Below, piece by piece: positions 52,897 through 60,556 of a stretch of DNA of 64,000 nucleotides. Where the stretch lies: contig NZ_CANNDN010000006.1 of NCBI RefSeq assembly GCF_947503465.1, positions 8,857 through 72,856 on the forward strand. Reading direction: 5' to 3'. The position numbers and the translations under genes are program-made. How positions within the stretch are numbered: position 1 is the first letter of the stretch; each line of letters opens with the position of its first letter. A model generated the notes under the pieces. That model was not told the origin of the DNA, made no database searches, and was given only the letters and a program-made list of their open reading frames with translations. The stretch comes from an uncultured Tateyamaria sp. (GTDB lineage Bacteria; Pseudomonadota; Alphaproteobacteria; Rhodobacterales; Rhodobacteraceae).

Positions 52897-53505
52897 TTGC
52901 AGTTCGAATTGGTTATGGCGTTCACATTGATTTTTTTGGTGGACTCAATTTCGCCAGGTCCTGCGTCGGCGGCAGTTGTAGCTAAGGGGGCTACTACTGG
53001 ACTGCGACGTACCCTGCCTTTCATCTGCGGCCTTGTTCTTGGCGATCTGGTATTGTTCGCCCTCGCTGTCGCGGGCCTTGCTGCCCTGGCGGCAGCGATG
53101 GGACCCTTCTTTGCTGTCATCAAATGGGTCGGTATCGCCTATCTTCTCTATCTTGCTTACAAGATGTGGACTGCGAAACCCGTGAAGATGTGCACTGCTG
53201 CACCACAGGGCGAGGGTTTGAAGCTTTTTGGCCTCGGGATTTTGCTTCCGCTCGGAAACCCAAAGGCTATTGGGTTCTACATCGCCTTGCTTCCTGCGGT
53301 GATGAACGTATCGGCCATCACTCTGGTCGCTGCGTTTCAGCTTAGCCTGATCATCATCGGAGTTTGGGCGCTCGTGCTGATTGCCTATGCAGCAGCCGCT
53401 GACCGCGCCAGCCGCATGATCTCGACACCACGCGCACAGCTTTGGTTGAACCGTAGTTCTGCGGGGGCAATGATCGGCGCAGCGGGAACAATCGCTGCCA
53501 GATAG
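52897..53505 (+). CDS. LysE-family amino-acid exporter
   Basis: 202 aa. TTG start 7 nt after TAAGGAGA. Visibly lower GC and different codon usage from its neighbours. Confidence 0.7.
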   Translation: MQFELVMAFTLIFLVDSISPGPASAAVVAKGATTGLRRTLPFICGLVLGDLVLFALAVAGLAALAAAMGPFFAVIKWVGIAYLLYLAYKMWTAKPVKMCTAAPQGEGLKLFGLGILLPLGNPKAIGFYIALLPAVMNVSAITLVAAFQLSLIIIGVWALVLIAYAAAADRASRMISTPRAQLWLNRSSAGAMIGAAGTIAAR

Positions 53506-53737
53506 GGATGTCGGCTACGTCCCGCAAACCCGCCACCCATCGCCGGTCCAGCACAAGCCCGTGGGCTGGTGTCACACCAAACAATCGGCCGCACTTTATG
53601 GCAGCCAAACACATCCCACAGAACTTCCGTTCGGCACAGCACCCGAAACACCAGCCCGCCGGAACGGGCCCCCTGTTGGACCGGCGCCTTCGGCGTGAGT
53701 CCGGTCCCGTCAACGAACCGAAAAACGCGCAGGAAAA

Positions 53738-54220
53738 TCACTCCGCCGCCACAGACCCCTTCGCCGCCTCACCCGGGTTCAACCGCCAGACCTCGGCATT
53801 CAGCGCCGCCGCAATCGTCACCCAGACCAGATACGGCACAAACAGCATCCCGGCGAGCGTATCCACCTGCCACAGCGCCAGCAGCGCGCTCAGCACCGTG
53901 ACCCACAACACGCCAATGATCGCCATGCCCAGCCGGATATTGCGCAGCCCGAAAAACACCGGCGTCCACAGCCCGTTGAACGCGATCTGCATGGCCCAGA
54001 ACGCCATGGCAATGCCGTTGTCCCCGGCCATCGCCGCGCGCGCCCCCGCAACGGCCATGCAGACGTAAAGAACCATCCATGTCACGGGGAACACCCAGTC
54101 GGGCGGCGTCCAGGCGGGCTTTGACAGCGACCGGTACCAGGGACCCGGCGGGAACAGCCCGCCGGTCACGCCTGCGCCAAGGCAGGCGGCGAAGAAAACG
54201 CAGAATAAAAGCCAGAACAT
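53738..54220 (-). CDS. tspO: tryptophan-rich sensory protein TspO (CrtK)
   Basis: Trimmed to MFWLLFCVFF... (160 aa). Trp-rich 5-TM protein directly after crtB. Confidence 0.9.
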   Translation of the reverse strand: MFWLLFCVFFAACLGAGVTGGLFPPGPWYRSLSKPAWTPPDWVFPVTWMVLYVCMAVAGARAAMAGDNGIAMAFWAMQIAFNGLWTPVFFGLRNIRLGMAIIGVLWVTVLSALLALWQVDTLAGMLFVPYLVWVTIAAALNAEVWRLNPGEAAKGSVAAE

Positions 54221-54225
54221 GCCAG

Positions 54226-55260
54226 TCAGGTAGCCCGGACTCGCCCCCCGATCAAGCTTGCACGGTCGGCCTGGCGTTTTGCCTCCAGTGCGGCCAGCGC
54301 CTCGAACAGGCTGTCGCTGCGGCTGGGCCGCGCGCCCTTGGCCGCCGCATCCACAAGGAATTGCACCTCCGGCAACGGCTTGGCGTACAGTACGGCGGAT
54401 TGCGGCATCACCATGCTGGTCCCGCTCAGGGCAACCGATTGCGCCAGCCATCCCAGCTTTTGCGCCTTGGACGTCCGCGCCCGGGCCGAGATGCTGTCAT
54501 ACCCCATCCCCGTCAGCCGCCCGCCGATCCCCGCATAGATGTAGCGCGCCGCGTAGATGCCGGGACGGCACCCGCGCGGCAGCGCCGCAATGCCCGCCTC
54601 GGAGCGGTAGTAGAGCCGGTTCGCCTCCATCACCAGGCGCTTGACCATACCCCGCACCGCCTTGGTCGGGCGCGGATCGGCAAAGAACGTCTCGGGCGTC
54701 ATGTCGGCCTCTGCCAGCCATTCGGTGGGCAGGTACAGGCGGCCCTCCAGCGCGTCCTCGCCCACGTCGCGGGCAATGTTCGTCAACTGCATCGCCACGC
54801 CCAGATCGCAGGCCCGCGCCAGCGCATCGCCGTCACGCACCCCCATCAACACGCACATCATCGCGCCCACGGCAGACGCCACGCGGGCCGAGTAGTCCTT
54901 GACCCCGCCCAGCGTCGCATAGGTCCGCGCCTCCGCATCCCAGGCCAGCCCCTCCAACAGGGCATCGGGCAAGGCGCGCGGCATGTCGAACTGTTCCACC
55001 ACCGCGGCAAAGGCCCGGTCAGGCGCCGCATCCTTGGGTGTCCCGGCATAGACAAGGTCCAACCGGTCCCGCAGGCGCAACACCGCCTCGACCTTCTCGG
55101 CCTTCAGATCCACCTCGTCATCGGCAAGGCGGCAAAACGCATACAGCGCCAGCGCCGGATCGCGCACCCGCCGGGGCAACAGCTTCGACGCCGCATGAAA
55201 CGACAGCGACCCATGGCGAATGGCCTCCGTGCAGGCCTCAAGATCGCGTGGATCAATCAT
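54226..55260 (-). CDS. crtB: phytoene synthase
   Basis: Squalene/phytoene synthase motifs (FCRLADDEVD, NIARDVGED). ATG at 55260 preferred over GTG at 55284. Confidence 0.9.
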   Translation of the reverse strand: MIDPRDLEACTEAIRHGSLSFHAASKLLPRRVRDPALALYAFCRLADDEVDLKAEKVEAVLRLRDRLDLVYAGTPKDAAPDRAFAAVVEQFDMPRALPDALLEGLAWDAEARTYATLGGVKDYSARVASAVGAMMCVLMGVRDGDALARACDLGVAMQLTNIARDVGEDALEGRLYLPTEWLAEADMTPETFFADPRPTKAVRGMVKRLVMEANRLYYRSEAGIAALPRGCRPGIYAARYIYAGIGGRLTGMGYDSISARARTSKAQKLGWLAQSVALSGTSMVMPQSAVLYAKPLPEVQFLVDAAAKGARPSRSDSLFEALAALEAKRQADRASLIGGRVRAT

Positions 55261-55281
55261 CGCATCCCCCGCCCGTCCTGC

Positions 55282-55336
55282 CACCGCATCGCCCGTAGGG
55301 TGTGCGCTCTGCGCGCACCAAACGTCATGACACCGC
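55282..55336. repeat. REP-like unit, variant hairpin (GGTGTGCGCtctGCGCGCACC), crtB-crtI spacer
   Basis: Shares the flanks CACCGCATC-CCCGTAGGGTG ... CGTCATG-CACCGC with the adjacent unit. Confidence 0.75.
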
Positions 55337-55342
55337 TCATAT

Positions 55343-55395
55343 CACCGCATCCCCCGTAGGGTGGGCAATATGCCCACCACCCGTCATGTCACCGC
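55343..55395. repeat. REP-like unit with GGTGGGCAatatTGCCCACC hairpin, overlapping the crtI stop codon
   Basis: Tandem with unit 55282-55336. The crtI C-terminal codons and stop (55384-55386) lie inside the unit. Confidence 0.8.
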
Positions 55396-56910
55396 ATCCG
55401 GCACAAGCTGACCCAGCACCTCGGCCGTGGAAATCACACCGGGCACACCGGCGCCCGGATGCGTCCCCGCGCCCACCAGATACAGGCCCTCCGCCTCTTC
55501 ACTCACATTGTGCGGACGGAACCAGGCCGATTGCAAAATCCGCGGCTCGATGGAAAAGCCGGAGCCATTGGGCGACAGATACCGATCGCGGAAGGTCTCG
55601 GGCGTGAACACCTGTTCGGTGCTGATTTTCGACCCTAACCCAGGCAAAAGCTGGTCCTCCAGCACCGCCAGCATCTTGGCCTTGTAGGCGTCGGCCTCCA
55701 CCTGCCAGTCGACACCGCCATGCCCCAGATGGGGCACGGGGCTCAGGACATAGAAGGTGTCATCCCCCTCGGGTGCAACGGACGGGTCCGTCACGGACGG
55801 GCGATGGACATAGAGGCTCATGTCGTCGGCCAGCTTGCCCTTCATGAAGATGTCGTGCAGCAACCCGGTATAGCGCGGCGCGTTCAGAATGGTGTGATGG
55901 CCCACATCGGCCCAGTCCCCACGGGTGCCCTTCGTCCCGAAATACCAGACAAACAGGCTCATGGAATAGCGTGTGCGCTTCAGCTTGGCAGGGGTCCACC
56001 GCTTCTTCGGGGCATGACGCATCAGCCGGTCATAGGTATGGCCCGCATCGGCATTGGACACGACAACATCCGCGCCCAGTTCCAGCCCGGTCTCCAGACG
56101 GACGCCGCGCACACGGGGGCCCTCCACCACGATCTCGTCCACGACGGTGTCCATCAACAACGTGCCGCCCTGATCCTCGATGATATCGGCCATCTTGCGC
56201 GCCATCCCGGCCAGACCGCCCATGGCGTAATGCACGCCGAATTCCTTCTCCAGATAGCTGACCAGAATATACATGCTGGTCACATGGGTCGGGTCGCCCC
56301 CGATAAAGAGGGGGTGAAAGGAAAACGCCATGCGCAGCTTGTCATTGCGAAACCGCCGCGCCGCGTGGGCATAAACGGACCGGTCCGCGCGCAACATCCC
56401 GAAGGTGGGCAACACCTTTATCAAGTCCCAAAGCTGATGCATGGACCGGCGGCCCAGATCCTCAAAGCCGAACCAGTACCGCTTGGCCGAATCCTCCAGA
56501 AACTTGTCAAAGCCCGCGACATCGCGCGGCTCGATCCTGGCAACCTCTGCGCGCATCGCATCCGTGTCATGCTGGGCCACAAACCTGGTGCCGTCCGGCC
56601 AGCGGATTTCATAGAACGGGTCCAGGGACCGCAAATCCACGTCCTCCTCGAACGACCGCCCACAGGCGGCCCACAACTCACGATACAGCTGCGGCACGGT
56701 CACGATGGTCGGACCCAGATCAAAGCGATGCCCGTCCTGCCAAATGGCCGATCCACGGCCGCCCGGCACATCCAGCTTGTCAATCACGGTGACCTTGTAG
56801 CCCTTGGCGCCCAGACGCATGGCAGCCGCCAATCCACCCAGCCCCGCACCAATCACAATGGCGCGGTTCCCGGTGCGGGTCTCCGATTCGATGGGATCAA
56901 GGCGTGTCAT
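55384..56910 (-). CDS. crtI: phytoene desaturase
   Basis: 508 aa. FAD motif AIVIGAGLGGLAAAMRL. Canonical crtI-crtB order. Confidence 0.9.
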   Translation of the reverse strand: MTRLDPIESETRTGNRAIVIGAGLGGLAAAMRLGAKGYKVTVIDKLDVPGGRGSAIWQDGHRFDLGPTIVTVPQLYRELWAACGRSFEEDVDLRSLDPFYEIRWPDGTRFVAQHDTDAMRAEVARIEPRDVAGFDKFLEDSAKRYWFGFEDLGRRSMHQLWDLIKVLPTFGMLRADRSVYAHAARRFRNDKLRMAFSFHPLFIGGDPTHVTSMYILVSYLEKEFGVHYAMGGLAGMARKMADIIEDQGGTLLMDTVVDEIVVEGPRVRGVRLETGLELGADVVVSNADAGHTYDRLMRHAPKKRWTPAKLKRTRYSMSLFVWYFGTKGTRGDWADVGHHTILNAPRYTGLLHDIFMKGKLADDMSLYVHRPSVTDPSVAPEGDDTFYVLSPVPHLGHGGVDWQVEADAYKAKMLAVLEDQLLPGLGSKISTEQVFTPETFRDRYLSPNGSGFSIEPRILQSAWFRPHNVSEEAEGLYLVGAGTHPGAGVPGVISTAEVLGQLVPDAVT

Positions 56911-56922
56911 CTGTGCAAAACA
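56905..56922. promoter_or_regulatory. PpsR-type box TGTCATCTGTGCAAAACA overlapping the crtI start codon
   Basis: TGT-N12-ACA. First of two boxes separated by 7 bp in the crtI-crtA divergent region. Confidence 0.55.
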
Positions 56923-56929
56923 ATACGAG

Positions 56930-56947
56930 TGTCTAGTTTAGTTGACA
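56930..56947. promoter_or_regulatory. PpsR-type box TGTCTAGTTTAGTTGACA in the crtI-crtA divergent region
   Basis: TGT-N12-ACA. Paired with the 56905 box in the closely spaced arrangement known for PpsR-repressed promoters. Confidence 0.65.
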
Positions 56948-57008
56948 ATTTCTTTTCTGTCGCACAGGCTAATCAGGTGCCGTGTGGCACGCTGCCAGTG
57001 CGAAAAAG

Positions 57009-57728
57009 ATGAGCCAAACCACCACCATATCCTTCTTCCGCTTCCCGCGGTGGCGCGACCGGGCATGGGCGCTCGGCATGATGGGCGGCGCGCGGCTGTC
57101 CATGGCGCGCATCCCCGATCTGGGGTTCTGGAAGCTGTGTGGCTCAGGCACGGGCGAAGGGTTCACACCGGTGCCCAACACGGCGGTCTATGCGATCCTC
57201 TGCACATGGCCCGACCCCGAAACGGCCCGCGCACGGATCGACACCACCCGCATCTTCCAACGCTACCGCGCCCGCGCGGCCGAAGATTGGACGGTGTTCC
57301 TGTCCCCCACATCATCGCGCGGGGCATGGAGCGGGCAAACCCCCTTTTCCCCCGTATCAGAGCCTGCATCCGATCCGCATGATCAACCCTTGGCCGCCCT
57401 CACCCGCGCCACGATCAAACCCGGCATCCTGACCAAGTTCTGGGGCCGCGTGCCCGACATCTCGGCCATGATCGGCAGCGACCCCAATGTCCTGTTCAAG
57501 ATCGGCATCGGAGAGGTGCCGATGCTGCACCAGGTCACATTCTCCATCTGGCCGGGGGCACGGGAAATGGCCCAATTCGCCCGCACAAACGGCCCCCATG
57601 CCGACGCCATCCGCGCCGTGCGCGCAGGTGCGTGGTTCCGCGAAGAACTCTACGCCCGCTTCACCATCCTTGGCGACAGCGGCACATGGGGCGGCACCAG
57701 CCCGCTCGAAGGATTACGACTGAAATGA
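57009..57728 (+). CDS. crtA: spheroidene monooxygenase
   Basis: Trimmed to [12 protein letters not shown].... About 239 aa. Divergent from crtI and ATGA-coupled to bchI, as in Rhodobacter-type clusters. Confidence 0.8.
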   Translation: MSQTTTISFFRFPRWRDRAWALGMMGGARLSMARIPDLGFWKLCGSGTGEGFTPVPNTAVYAILCTWPDPETARARIDTTRIFQRYRARAAEDWTVFLSPTSSRGAWSGQTPFSPVSEPASDPHDQPLAALTRATIKPGILTKFWGRVPDISAMIGSDPNVLFKIGIGEVPMLHQVTFSIWPGAREMAQFARTNGPHADAIRAVRAGAWFREELYARFTILGDSGTWGGTSPLEGLRLK

Positions 57729-58732
57729 CCAAGACGCCCTTTCCCTTCTCCGCCATCGTGGGCCAGGAGGACATGAAACAAGCGATGATCCTCACCGCAG
57801 TTGATCCCGGCATCGGCGGTGTTCTGGTCTTTGGCGACCGGGGCACCGGCAAATCTACCGCGGTGCGCGCGCTGGCGGCGCTCCTGCCCCCGATCACGGC
57901 TGTCACAGGCTGCCCGATCAACGCGGAATCCCATGACCAATGCCCCGGATGGGCCAATGTAGAGACGAAAAAGACCCGAAAAATCCCCACCCCCGTCATC
58001 GACCTGCCGCTGGGCGCCACCGAGGACCGCGTTGTGGGCGCCTTGGACATCGAACGCGCCCTCACCCGCGGCGAAAAGGCGTTCGAACCGGGCCTGCTGG
58101 CCCGCGCCAATCGCGGCTACCTCTATATTGACGAGGTCAACCTGCTCGAAGACCACATTGTCGACCTCCTGCTCGACGTGGCCCAATCCGGCGAAAACGT
58201 GGTCGAACGCGAGGGGCTCAGCATCCGCCACCCCGCCCGCTTCGTGCTGGTGGGCAGTGGCAACCCCGAAGAGGGCGAATTGCGCCCCCAACTCCTCGAC
58301 CGGTTCGGCCTGTCGGTCGAAGTGCGCAGCCCGAACGACGTGGCCCAGCGGATCGAGGTCATCAAGCGGCGCGACGCGTTCGAGTCCGATTTCGACGCGT
58401 TCATGGCCCATTACACCAAGGAAGACGCCAAGATCCGGCGCAAGATCCTTGCCGCGCGCAAGCTTCTGCCCCAGATCGAAACGCCGGACGCCATCCTGCA
58501 CGACTGCGCGGAACTCTGCATCGCGTTGGGCAGCGACGGCCTGCGCGGCGAATTGACCTTGCTCCGCGGCGCCCGCGCGCTGGCCGCCTTTGACCGCAAA
58601 AAGGTGCTCACCCGCGACCACCTCAAACGCATCGCCCCCATCGCCCTGTCCCACCGCCTGCGCCGCGACCCTCTGGACGAGGCCGGCAGCACCACCCGCG
58701 TCACCCGCACGGTCGACGCCGTGCTGGCATGA
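57725..58732 (+). CDS. bchI: magnesium chelatase ATPase subunit I
   Basis: 335-aa AAA+ protein ([35 protein letters not shown]). Confidence 0.95.
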   Translation: MTKTPFPFSAIVGQEDMKQAMILTAVDPGIGGVLVFGDRGTGKSTAVRALAALLPPITAVTGCPINAESHDQCPGWANVETKKTRKIPTPVIDLPLGATEDRVVGALDIERALTRGEKAFEPGLLARANRGYLYIDEVNLLEDHIVDLLLDVAQSGENVVEREGLSIRHPARFVLVGSGNPEEGELRPQLLDRFGLSVEVRSPNDVAQRIEVIKRRDAFESDFDAFMAHYTKEDAKIRRKILAARKLLPQIETPDAILHDCAELCIALGSDGLRGELTLLRGARALAAFDRKKVLTRDHLKRIAPIALSHRLRRDPLDEAGSTTRVTRTVDAVLA

Positions 58733-58785
58733 TCGCCGCCATGGTGCGCACACATGCCCACCCCATCCCACTCCTCCCGCACCGC

Positions 58786-58822
58786 CCCCTCTCCCCCAAG
58801 GGGAAAGGGCTGGGGAGAGGGG
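58786..58822. repeat. hairpin repeat CCCCTCTCCCC-N15-GGGGAGAGGGG in the bchI-bchD spacer
   Basis: 11-bp perfect inverted repeat. This type of element often shows up as spurious PLSP-GRG-like ORFs in proteobacterial genomes. Confidence 0.8.
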
Positions 58823-58849
58823 CGCGCAACACCCTACATCCCTCACCCC

Positions 58850-58876
58850 CCGTAGGGTGGGCAATCTGCCCACCAC
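58850..58876. repeat. REP-like hairpin CGTAGGGTGGGCAATCTGCCCACCAC in the bchI-bchD spacer
   Basis: Identical core to the copy at 52716. Confidence 0.85.
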
Positions 58877-58909
58877 CCCTACCGTCCCAACCGCACCAAA
58901 CCCCACGAC

Positions 58910-60553
58910 ATGACCGCCCACAGCTGGCATAACGCGCATCTCGCGCTGCGCCTGCTGGCCCTTGACCCCGCAGGCCTCGGCGGTGCGGTTGTCCGCATGC
59001 GCGCCAGCCCCGACCGCGACGCGTTGCTGGCCGGTTTCACCCCTGCCCTGCCCCTTCGCAAATTGCCCATCTCCATCTCAGACGAACAACTGTTCGGCGG
59101 CATCGACCTCAGCGCCACGCTGTCATCCGCTCAAGTCATTGAAAATAAATCATTTTTTCACAGGCCTTGTATCGCTCAAATCCCCATGGCGGAACGCTGC
59201 CCCCCGGCCCTCGCCGCCAAGCTTGCGCAGCTCGCAGATCAGTCTCTAACACAGGGCTTTTTGCTCCTCGACGAGGGGATCGAGCCTGACGAACGCGCCC
59301 CCGATCCCCTGTCAGATCGCTGCGCCTTTCACCTCGAACCAACGGGTCGAAAACCATCTGTCCCCGCGGGGACACCTCAATCTGTCCCCGCGGGGACAAC
59401 GGTCAATACCGCCGACGCCATCATGCAACTGACCTTGCTCGCCACCCGTTTCGGCATCGCGTCCCTCCGCGCCCCGACCCTTGCGCTGCGCACTGCCCGC
59501 GCCCACGCGCGGCTGATGGGCCGCGACCATCTCACGGACGCCGACCTCGACGTCGCCGCGACCCTCGTCTACCCCCACCGTGCAACGGTCATCCCCGAAG
59601 ACATCGAGGCGGAGGATAGCCCACCTCCCCCACCCCAAAACAACGACTGTCCCCGCGGGGACAGCGAAGAAAACGACGCCATCCCCGACGCGGACATGCT
59701 GGTCGATGCCGTCAAATCCCTGCTGCCCCCCGACCTCCTGAACGGACTTGTCCCCGCGGGGACAACCCGCACATCTGGTGGCGCGGGCGCCGGTCAAAAG
59801 CGCACCAGCAACCGCCGTGGGCGCCCCCTGCCCTCGCGCCCCGGTCGCCTGGACGGCACCGCGCGGATCGACCTGATCGCCACCCTGCGCGCCGCCGCCC
59901 CCTGGCAACCCCTGCGCCGCCAGCAGCAACCGGACCGGACAGGCCTGCTCATCCGTCCGTCCGACATCCGGCTGAAACGCTTCGCCGAACAGTCCGACCG
60001 CCTGCTGATCTTCACCGTGGACGCCTCCGGCTCTGCCGCAGTGTCCCGGCTGGGCGAAGCCAAGGGCGCCATCGAACTCCTGCTGGCCGACGCCTATGCC
60101 AGCCGCGACCACGTCGCCCTCATCGCCTTTCGGGGGACAGAGGCAGAAACCCTCCTGCCCCCCACCCGGTCGCTTGTGCAGACCAAACGCCGCCTGTCGG
60201 CCTTGCCCGGCGGCGGCGGCACGCCGCTTGCCTCGGGCCTGCAACACGCGCTCCTGCTTGCCCAGCACACCAGGGGCAAGGGGCTCACGCCCACTGTCAT
60301 CCTGATCACCGACGGGCGCGCCAACATTGCGCTGGACGGCACCGCCAACCGGGCCCAGGCCGGCGCAGACGCAACGGCCATGGCAACCGCCTTGCGCGCG
60401 ACCGGCACGACATCACTGGTGATCGACATGTCGAACCGGCCCCAGCCCGCCCTGCAGGATCTCAGCCGCGCCCTGGACGCGCCCTACGTGCCCATGCCCC
60501 GCGCTGATGCGCAGCGGCTGAGCGGCGCCGTGGCATCCGCGCTGGACGGCTGA
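58910..60553 (+). CDS. bchD: magnesium chelatase subunit D
   Basis: 547 aa. Degenerate AAA+ N-terminal domain, Pro/acidic linker and C-terminal VWA domain (LLIFTVDASGS...ITDGRAN). No obvious SD. Carries four 16-bp palindromes. Confidence 0.9.
   Translation: MTAHSWHNAHLALRLLALDPAGLGGAVVRMRASPDRDALLAGFTPALPLRKLPISISDEQLFGGIDLSATLSSAQVIENKSFFHRPCIAQIPMAERCPPALAAKLAQLADQSLTQGFLLLDEGIEPDERAPDPLSDRCAFHLEPTGRKPSVPAGTPQSVPAGTTVNTADAIMQLTLLATRFGIASLRAPTLALRTARAHARLMGRDHLTDADLDVAATLVYPHRATVIPEDIEAEDSPPPPPQNNDCPRGDSEENDAIPDADMLVDAVKSLLPPDLLNGLVPAGTTRTSGGAGAGQKRTSNRRGRPLPSRPGRLDGTARIDLIATLRAAAPWQPLRRQQQPDRTGLLIRPSDIRLKRFAEQSDRLLIFTVDASGSAAVSRLGEAKGAIELLLADAYASRDHVALIAFRGTEAETLLPPTRSLVQTKRRLSALPGGGGTPLASGLQHALLLAQHTRGKGLTPTVILITDGRANIALDGTANRAQAGADATAMATALRATGTTSLVIDMSNRPQPALQDLSRALDAPYVPMPRADAQRLSGAVASALDG
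59359..59374. repeat. 16-bp palindrome TGTCCCCGCGGGGACA, perfect (candidate ParB/parS site), inside bchD
   Basis: Exact match. Read in bchD as S-V-P-A-G-T. Confidence 0.9.
59383..59398. repeat. 16-bp palindrome, perfect, inside bchD (tandem with the previous copy at 24-bp period)
   Basis: Exact match. Read as S-V-P-A-G-T. The 19 nt ATCTGTCCCCGCGGGGACA are repeated. Confidence 0.9.
59648..59663. repeat. 16-bp palindrome, perfect, inside the bchD acidic/Pro linker
   Basis: Exact match. Read in a different frame as C-P-R-G-D. Confidence 0.9.
59749..59764. repeat. 16-bp palindrome, perfect, inside bchD
   Basis: Exact match. Read as L-V-P-A-G-T. Confidence 0.9.
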
Positions 60554-60556
60554 TCC

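Noticed and set aside
53506-53737. Possible gene remnant or transposase fragment in the LysE-tspO gap (ORFs 53354..53713 and 53385..53741 on the minus strand).
   Set aside because: There are no recognisable motifs. The ORFs overlap the LysE gene end and look like GC-driven shadow ORFs.
59154-59162. DnaA-box-like 9-mers: TTTTTCACA in the bchD AT-rich patch and TTGTCCACA at 61459-61467.
   Set aside because: These are single, imperfect matches to TTWTNCACA with no cluster of boxes or iterons. They are not enough to call an origin.
59651-59662. RGD tripeptide created in BchD (CPRGD) as a functional integrin-type motif for the VWA/I-domain chelatase.
   Set aside because: It is simply one reading frame of the palindrome. 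Other copies are read as VPAGT or SPRGQ, so the peptide is probably incidental.
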